A stretch of 64,000 nucleotides of DNA from an uncultured bacterium (GTDB taxonomy: Bacteria; Omnitrophota; Gorgyraeia; Ghiorseimicrobiales; Ghiorseimicrobiaceae): NCBI GenBank assembly GCA_913009335.1, contig CAJVXN010000001.1, positions 71,709 through 135,708 of the forward strand, read 5' to 3'. Position 1 is the first letter of the stretch; every line of letters starts with the position of its first letter. The notes under the pieces were generated by a model, which saw only the letters and a list, made by a program, of their open reading frames with translations, made no database searches and was not told the DNA's origin. The position numbers and the translations under genes are program-made. Below are positions 58,036 to 64,000 of this stretch, in pieces.

Positions 58036-58124
58036 TTCGGTAATCTGCCAACCCTCTGCAAAACTATTGCAAAGGGATGCACGACTTTGCGTCCCCAGAT
58101 TACTCCGGGTTTGCCTTTATCGAA
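58036..58124 (-). ncRNA. c-di-GMP-I (GEMM-I) riboswitch aptamer
   Basis: Minus strand TTCGATAAAGGCAAACCCGGA-GTAA-TCTGGGGACGCAAAGTC...GGCAGATTACCGAA: GGCAAA and GGACGCAAAG cores, GNRA-capped P2, P3 hairpin, P1 closing TTCGAT/ACCGAA. Confidence 0.88.
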
Positions 58125-58164
58125 CTTAAATCTAATTTTTAGAGATCGGCTATTCTTCATTAAA

Positions 58165-58192
58165 AGTATACCCGATTTTTTGACAATTTCAA
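58165..58192 (-). promoter_or_regulatory. Putative sigma70 promoter upstream of the riboswitch
   Basis: TTGAAA-16 bp-TATACT on the minus strand, about 40 bp before the aptamer. Confidence 0.65.
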
Positions 58193-58212
58193 GAGGTTAA
58201 CGAATTATTTTC

Positions 58213-58899
58213 CTAGCGAAACCACCCTTTTTTCTTCTTTGTTTTTTCTTTCTTTTGAGACTTTGCTGCCTGCTCTGGATCTTCTTTTAACTCCGGCTGA
58301 GCAATTTTAGCCTCATCCTGAGCTATTTCCACATCCGGAGCCGCTACTACCTCTACTTCTTCTATAAATTCACTGCTAACAGACTCCAGCTCTTCTACAA
58401 CAAGCTCAGGGTTCAATTCTTTCTTTGTGCTACTTACAAAAGAATAGTCTTTTACCTTATTATCAGCTAAATGTCGGCTTAATACTCCGCGCATAACGCC
58501 ATTTTCTACTTCACCCTTCCAGAACGCAAGACCTTTCTTATCGCTAGTCTGCATTGTCTCCCAAATAACTATATCTTCTCCTTTGAGACTCAATGTAAAA
58601 TTCGAAGGTAAAAAACCATCCGATGTCAGTTCTTTCGATTTAATTTGATTATCAACAAAATTCAAGGTATCATTTGTTTTACGTTTCTTCTTCTCGCTTG
58701 TCATCTGTGTAAGTGTAATTTCCCAAGTCGAACCATTAAGCTGATCTTTTACATCTTTAAGGATTTTTCTTGTTTTTTGCGCATCATTAACCTTGTTAGC
58801 AGATGCCTTTTCTGCCCAAGCGAGATTTAAAAAAATAAAAGACAAAAATATAGCTGCAATTACTAAAAAGCTCTTTTTTTTATTAAATAATACTGTCAT
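58213..58899 (-). CDS. Exported WETMQ-domain protein with acidic and Lys-rich tail
   Basis: Signal peptide; LNGSTW...WETMQ...AFWKGE...MRGVLS...DYSF; paralog of 60932-61378. Confidence 0.8.
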   Translation of the reverse strand: MTVLFNKKKSFLVIAAIFLSFIFLNLAWAEKASANKVNDAQKTRKILKDVKDQLNGSTWEITLTQMTSEKKKRKTNDTLNFVDNQIKSKELTSDGFLPSNFTLSLKGEDIVIWETMQTSDKKGLAFWKGEVENGVMRGVLSRHLADNKVKDYSFVSSTKKELNPELVVEELESVSSEFIEEVEVVAAPDVEIAQDEAKIAQPELKEDPEQAAKSQKKEKTKKKKGWFR

Positions 58900-58936
58900 A
58901 TTTTCCTCCGCTTAATAATTAATGTCCTCTTTTATC

Positions 58937-60388
58937 CTACTCTTTAATATAGGCTTTTATTATCTTCACATCTTTTTTAGGCTTTTCATTAGAATCAACG
59001 GCGACATTATTAATTTTCTCTACTACCTCGTAACCCGAAGTAACTTCTCCGAATATAGTATGCCGATTGTTTAAATGCGGCGTTGGTTTAACGGTTATAA
59101 AAAATTGGCTCGTATTGGTGTTTGCTCCTGAGTTTGCCATAGCTAACAGCCCGGGCTTATCAAACGAAATATCGTCACTTAACTCATCCTCAAAAGGCTC
59201 GCCCCATAAAGATTCACCGCCTGAACCCGTCCCTTCGGGGTCACCTGTCTGTATCATAAAATCCTTAATCACACGGTGAAATATTATCCCGTTATAATAC
59301 CCTTTTTCAGTCAACCCAATAAAATTCTCACAAGCCTTAGGCGCAATCTCCGGAAATAGCTTTAATTCTATATTACCACTATTAGTCTCCAATACAAGCA
59401 AAGATTTCTTTTTTAATTCTTCTATTTTCAAAGCCCGCCTGTCTTCCGCCACATAATCCCTATAATTCGCGCGTTTAAGTAAATCTTCAAAATATCCCTT
59501 AATTATCTTACGTTTTTTGCCTTGAGTAAGCAAATCTTTATAATATTGTTTTTTCTTATCATTATACTTGGTAACATCCGCTCGCCTTTTATATAAAAGA
59601 CGGAAGACCGCATCTCCGTAATAAAACTTCGCGGCTATAAAACTACCCTCGTCAAAGTCAAGAATCCGATAAGCATCTTCTTTGGGTATCTTCCAAAGGT
59701 CAATTAAAGCCTCCAGAGACATTATATTTATCCAGGATGACCCCTTCTGGCCCAGAGGTTTTTTTTCATCATAAGTATCTTTCCAGAACCTAGGATTACT
59801 TTTTACTTTTTCAAGAAACTTCTGCGCATCTTCCTGATTGTCAAATTTTATATATTCACTCTCGAAAGAATTATATTGGTTTAAAAACTTCTGCTCCATT
59901 TCTTCTTCGGTTACGCTAATTTCGGGATTAGTCTTAACCTGCATAAACTTATTTATGGTAAGCAGGTCTTTAATGCGCTGTTCAAAAATATCGGCACCTT
60001 CTTTTAATTGCGTTACAACCCATATATGATAATCATCACTCTCATATTCAATATCTTTTTCGGAAAGCAGGCGTTTTATTTCTTTTTCAAGTTCATCCTG
60101 ACCTATAGCAATACCTATGTCTTTTGCCTCATGTAAAAATATTAAATTCTGCCAGGCCTCCTGTACAACTTCCTCTTCGGTTCTTTCCTCGGCAGCCTTT
60201 CCCGTGCGCGTAAAAATTAAAGCTGTTTTATAATAATAAGTGAATTCTTCGCCTGTTACGGGCCTGCCAAACGCCTCACCGACCGCGCCGGTGCTTATGC
60301 GTTCCGCTTGCGCTAAACTAAAACTATTAAAACCGCTTATCAAAAATAACCCGACTACGGGAAGTACCGATAAAATCCGTTTAATCAT
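58937..60388 (-). CDS. Exported foldase: SurA/PrsA-like N-terminal region plus cyclophilin PPIase
   Basis: APKACENF, YYNGIIFHRVIKDFMIQTGDP, LAMANSG.NTNTSQFFIT, HTIFG. Signal peptide and helical SurA-like N-terminal part. Confidence 0.88.
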   Translation of the reverse strand: MIKRILSVLPVVGLFLISGFNSFSLAQAERISTGAVGEAFGRPVTGEEFTYYYKTALIFTRTGKAAEERTEEEVVQEAWQNLIFLHEAKDIGIAIGQDELEKEIKRLLSEKDIEYESDDYHIWVVTQLKEGADIFEQRIKDLLTINKFMQVKTNPEISVTEEEMEQKFLNQYNSFESEYIKFDNQEDAQKFLEKVKSNPRFWKDTYDEKKPLGQKGSSWINIMSLEALIDLWKIPKEDAYRILDFDEGSFIAAKFYYGDAVFRLLYKRRADVTKYNDKKKQYYKDLLTQGKKRKIIKGYFEDLLKRANYRDYVAEDRRALKIEELKKKSLLVLETNSGNIELKLFPEIAPKACENFIGLTEKGYYNGIIFHRVIKDFMIQTGDPEGTGSGGESLWGEPFEDELSDDISFDKPGLLAMANSGANTNTSQFFITVKPTPHLNNRHTIFGEVTSGYEVVEKINNVAVDSNEKPKKDVKIIKAYIKE

Positions 60389-60912
60389 AATTCTTCTTCA
60401 ACAATCTTTATTTTAACGACCTTCGAAACAAGTTCACCCTTAAACGCATCCAGGCCGATTTCCTCCCCAAATACATTTTGATAAACTGCTTTAACTTCAT
60501 AGACTCCCGGCTCTTTAAAATCGAAGAAATATCTTATATTTCTTTTTCTCTCCGAAGTTATTTCATCTTTAGGATTCAATAATACAAAATAATCACTTTT
60601 AGGAAAACCGGTATCCTGAGATATTTTATAGGGAAGCGCCTCGCCCAGGGGGGAAGTTACGAGCAAATATATTTCTCTATCTTCGCTGTTGCTGTCTTTC
60701 GAATTCAGGAAAAATCTTTTGTTTACATAAACAGGCTTCTTGCCATGATTTTTTAAGGTAAAGGTGATAAAAATCGGTTCTGTTTTTTCATATTCGCTTT
60801 TATCAAAAGAAATACTCAACGCCAAATTGCCTCTTGCCGCGCACGCTCCTTGCTGGCTAAAAAAGAATAAGCCAATTATAATTAAAGCTATCCGGCTAAC
60901 CCTCAACCCCAA
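60385..60912 (-). CDS. Hypothetical exported Ig-like protein
   Basis: Signal peptide, DKSEY...EPI.ITFTLKN.G, PGVYEVKAVY. Confidence 0.7.
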   Translation of the reverse strand: MGLRVSRIALIIIGLFFFSQQGACAARGNLALSISFDKSEYEKTEPIFITFTLKNHGKKPVYVNKRFFLNSKDSNSEDREIYLLVTSPLGEALPYKISQDTGFPKSDYFVLLNPKDEITSERKRNIRYFFDFKEPGVYEVKAVYQNVFGEEIGLDAFKGELVSKVVKIKIVEEEL

Positions 60913-60931
60913 CTCCTTAGCTGTTCAAATA

Positions 60932-61378
60932 TTATTGTTTATTGGTAAAAGAAAAATCGAATGTCCTGCCGCTATTATCTTTTTGAGTTAATACGCCCCG
61001 CATAACGCCTTCATTGATGTCCCCTCTCCAGAAAGCAAAATTATCTTTTCCGTCAACCTGCATTGTCTCCCATATTACAGTACCGTCTTCTTCGACTCTT
61101 ACGGTAAAATCCGTAGCCTCAAAACCGGCAGACTGTAAATTCTTTGAAGACATTTGACCGTCGCTAAAAATTATCACATCGCTCTCTGCGCTCCCCCCCC
61201 CGGATAAAGGTTTTACCGTTACATTCCACTGCGTACCGTTTAGCTCTTGCTTTTTAGCCGCGGATAGTTCTTTTTCCGATAAAACCTGAGCGGAAGAAAA
61301 ATTAACTATTGAAAAAATTAAACCAGCTGCAACCAATAGCATCAAAAATCGTTTCAACATAACTACCTCCTTGATCAT
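60932..61378 (-). CDS. Exported WETMQ-domain protein
   Basis: Signal peptide; LNGTQW...WETMQ...AFWRGD...MRGVLT...DFSF. Confidence 0.8.
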   Translation of the reverse strand: MIKEVVMLKRFLMLLVAAGLIFSIVNFSSAQVLSEKELSAAKKQELNGTQWNVTVKPLSGGGSAESDVIIFSDGQMSSKNLQSAGFEATDFTVRVEEDGTVIWETMQVDGKDNFAFWRGDINEGVMRGVLTQKDNSGRTFDFSFTNKQ

Positions 61379-61380
61379 AT

Positions 61381-62451
61381 TTATCTCATTATTGATTTGC
61401 CGCTATAAGTCTCCCAGGTAAGCAAATATTTTCTCACCCAGTCCACATCTTTATCATCACTCTTACTAAGCCTTAAAAAATGCCGGAAGTTCTCAATAGC
61501 CCTTTCACGATTTACTAAATATTCGGCATAAATATACCCTAAATTAAAATGCGCGTAGGCATCATCCGGGTTAATCTCTATAGCCTTCTCGAATTCCGCG
61601 ATCGCCCGCCTGTATTCCTTATTCTTCGTATAGAACACGCCTAAGTTGTAATGCATCTTAGAGGTTTGCTTAATAAGAACTTTATTCTGCCGGGCAATTT
61701 CGGAAAATTTTTTGGGCATTCTTTGTATCTCTTTTTCCAGCGCCTTATTTTTCTTAACAGCGCCGGCATAATTTTCCTTATATTCATTAAGGCTAGCATC
61801 TAAATCCTCGATTTTGGCATTTGCCCCCTGAAGGTTTTCTTTTAGCTTTGAGATATCTTTCCCGGATTTTTCCTTTAATTTATCAATATCGCTATTAGCC
61901 CGCTTAAAGCGTTTATTCAAATCGTTATTTTCTTTCTTAAGATTAGAATTTTCTTTCTTAAGTTCTTTTACAACTATCTTTTTTACGGCCCTTTCATAAT
62001 CCACCTTAAGTTTATCACGTTCTTTTTCCAGCTCTTTTTTTGTTTCAATAAACTGTTTAAATTCATCTTGTAATTGTTGATACCGGCCGGTTGAATCCTT
62101 TTTTTCGGATTTGAGTAGTTTATTTTCTGAACGCGACTCTTCTAAATAATCTTCTAATTCCTTAGCATCGGATCTTTCCCGAAGAAGCTTTTTTGTCTGC
62201 AGCAGCACATTATCACGGTCATCCATTACTAATTTGTAATCTTTATTTAAAGCGCCGTAATCATTCCTCAATTTCTGATTTTCTGTTGTAAGTCTCTTGT
62301 ATTCAGGGTCCCTGCTTTCTAATTCGTGAGTTATGTCTTTTAGCTCTTGAGAGAGACTTTGAGATTTATGAACAAAATAAATAATTCCTATGCCCGCGAC
62401 AAAAAATAGAATGGATAGACAAATTACTAATATTTTGATTTTGCTCATCAT
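61381..62451 (-). CDS. Membrane-anchored coiled-coil protein with C-terminal TPR repeats
   Basis: N-terminal TM, heptad-rich region of about 230 aa, HYNLGVFY and AHFNLGYIY TPRs. Confidence 0.85.
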   Translation of the reverse strand: MMSKIKILVICLSILFFVAGIGIIYFVHKSQSLSQELKDITHELESRDPEYKRLTTENQKLRNDYGALNKDYKLVMDDRDNVLLQTKKLLRERSDAKELEDYLEESRSENKLLKSEKKDSTGRYQQLQDEFKQFIETKKELEKERDKLKVDYERAVKKIVVKELKKENSNLKKENNDLNKRFKRANSDIDKLKEKSGKDISKLKENLQGANAKIEDLDASLNEYKENYAGAVKKNKALEKEIQRMPKKFSEIARQNKVLIKQTSKMHYNLGVFYTKNKEYRRAIAEFEKAIEINPDDAYAHFNLGYIYAEYLVNRERAIENFRHFLRLSKSDDKDVDWVRKYLLTWETYSGKSIMR

Positions 62452-62485
62452 TTAAGTCTCCTGTAAGTAATCATCAGTTATTGTA

Positions 62486-64000
62486 TTAGTTGTTTCTTTG
62501 AATTCCGCCATATTCACGATAAGACTTTATCCGCGTCTCCGGTGAGCCAACCGGCGCCTTGTAATCCGTTTCCTTAGTAAAAGATTCATAGCCCTTATAT
62601 TCCTTTCCGACCGTAACAAAATCACGTTCATCGCCCGTAGTCAAAGTATCTCCGCTTACAATATAAGGCGTAATCATAACCAATAATTCCGTTCTCGCGG
62701 TCGTCTGCGTACTTGACTTAAATATGTTACCTATTATGGGAATACTCCCGAAGAAAGGAACCTGCTCCGAGGAAGTAATTTCTTCTTCCTTGCGCAGACC
62801 TCCGATAATAATCGTTGAGCCATCTTTAACCAAAACCGTAGTCTCCGCGGTGGAAGTATCAATAATCGGTATCTTGTTTCCTGAGGGCGTCGTAAGGGTT
62901 GAAGTTACGCTGGAAATTTCCGGTTTTATCTTCATTGTCACATAGCCGTCATCATTGATAGTGGGTGTTACGGATAACTGAAGCCCTATATCAACGAATG
63001 TTACCTCCTCGGATACGGTGGATGTGCTTTGCCCTGTTGTAGTAGTCGTCGTGACATATGCCTGGCGTTCACCGACATGAATACGCGCTTCCTGGTTATT
63101 TATCACGGCTAATTTAGGATTAGAAAGAATACGCGTGTCTCCTAAAGTTTGAAGATAATTAATTACAGCGTCAAAATCCCTTCTATTGCCCATTATACCC
63201 ACATGCATATTTTCGCCCGGTACGGTTTTCGTAGTAGATGAATAACCGCTAAACGGATATTCATCGGCATGCGTATCTTCATCATCTATTATAAATTCCC
63301 TCGGGCTTAACGCGTCACGCGCGCCCTGAACAGCGGTAAACGGATATGAACCGAAATAAGTCGAACCGAATCTCGCGGAAATATCAAATAATCCTTCCCA
63401 TTCAACTCCCGTACTTAAAGAATCCGAAAGCTTTACCTTAATAACTTTAGCATCAATTAATACTTGTTTTGTTTTTCCGTCCAATGCCTCAATCAATGTC
63501 TCAATCTCATACATCCTATCGGGTAAAGCCTGTACAATAAGTTGATTTGAGCGCTCATCCGCCCTTATCGAGCCGACTTTCTTAGCATCCAATTGCAGTT
63601 TAAGTTTTTCCTCTACATCTTTAGCCCGGGCATATTTTAAATTGAATACACGCACCAAATTCTTCTTCTCCATTGCCACAAGGGCCGCTTGAATAACTTC
63701 AATACTATCCGGTGTATCCATAATCGTAACAGTGCCGGAGTCCGGTTCAACAAGCACTCTTCCAATGTCACTTTTTAAGGTATCGAATAAAGCAAATGCC
63801 TGCTCCGGTATGGCGTATCTTAAGCGAAAACTCTTTACCTGGCGAAGATCGGAAAACTTCTTTCCAAATAGTGCCTTATATTCATCTTCGGTCATTACAT
63901 TATAAATACCTCCCTGCTTTGTATAAGCAAGCTCATTTGACCGCAGCATAATATCAAAAATATCCTGAACTCTTACATCTTCAACCATAAGAGAAACTCT
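62486..64000 (-). CDS. gspD: Secretin GspD/PilQ family, 5'-truncated by window edge
   Basis: N-domains (LKYARA, DERSNQLIV), QVLIDAKVI, ILSNPKL..INNQEARIHVG, VTPTI, IIIGGL, VPFFGSIPIIGNIFK, ELLVMITPYI. Confidence 0.93.
   Translation of the reverse strand, partial: RVSLMVEDVRVQDIFDIMLRSNELAYTKQGGIYNVMTEDEYKALFGKKFSDLRQVKSFRLRYAIPEQAFALFDTLKSDIGRVLVEPDSGTVTIMDTPDSIEVIQAALVAMEKKNLVRVFNLKYARAKDVEEKLKLQLDAKKVGSIRADERSNQLIVQALPDRMYEIETLIEALDGKTKQVLIDAKVIKVKLSDSLSTGVEWEGLFDISARFGSTYFGSYPFTAVQGARDALSPREFIIDDEDTHADEYPFSGYSSTTKTVPGENMHVGIMGNRRDFDAVINYLQTLGDTRILSNPKLAVINNQEARIHVGERQAYVTTTTTTGQSTSTVSEEVTFVDIGLQLSVTPTINDDGYVTMKIKPEISSVTSTLTTPSGNKIPIIDTSTAETTVLVKDGSTIIIGGLRKEEEITSSEQVPFFGSIPIIGNIFKSSTQTTARTELLVMITPYIVSGDTLTTGDERDFVTVGKEYKGYESFTKETDYKAPVGSPETRIKSYREYGGIQRNN

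Overview
AT-rich bacterial window. The gene mix (giant Ig-repeat protein, non-canonical F1-type ATPase, T2SS/T4P-like genes) suggests Ca. Omnitrophota, but that assignment is inference. The left end holds a GltD-like flavoprotein and formate dehydrogenase alpha on the + strand, then a DedA-PAP2 gene sitting between two copies of the fdhF 3' end. From 6.7 kb to 64 kb every credible gene is on the - strand. In transcription order: secretin, periplasmic accessory and folding proteins, a sigma70 promoter, a c-di-GMP-I riboswitch with terminator, a membrane-anchored HUH (RAYT/IS200-like) transposase derivative lacking its catalytic Tyr, an 8471-aa secreted Ig-repeat protein, an F1 + c + b/delta ATPase set with no subunit a and a carboxylate-free c subunit, MshEN and GspE-PilZ, the T2SS platform and pseudopilins, and a two-component cluster. 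Most striking: (1) a family of short palindromic elements is inserted exactly at the prepilin G|FT codons of all three pseudopilin genes that carry that motif, and each rebuilds the cleavage site; (2) the apparently domesticated transposase; (3) the apparently ion-uncoupled rotary ATPase embedded in a secretion/adhesin locus. All alignments and counts were done by eye.
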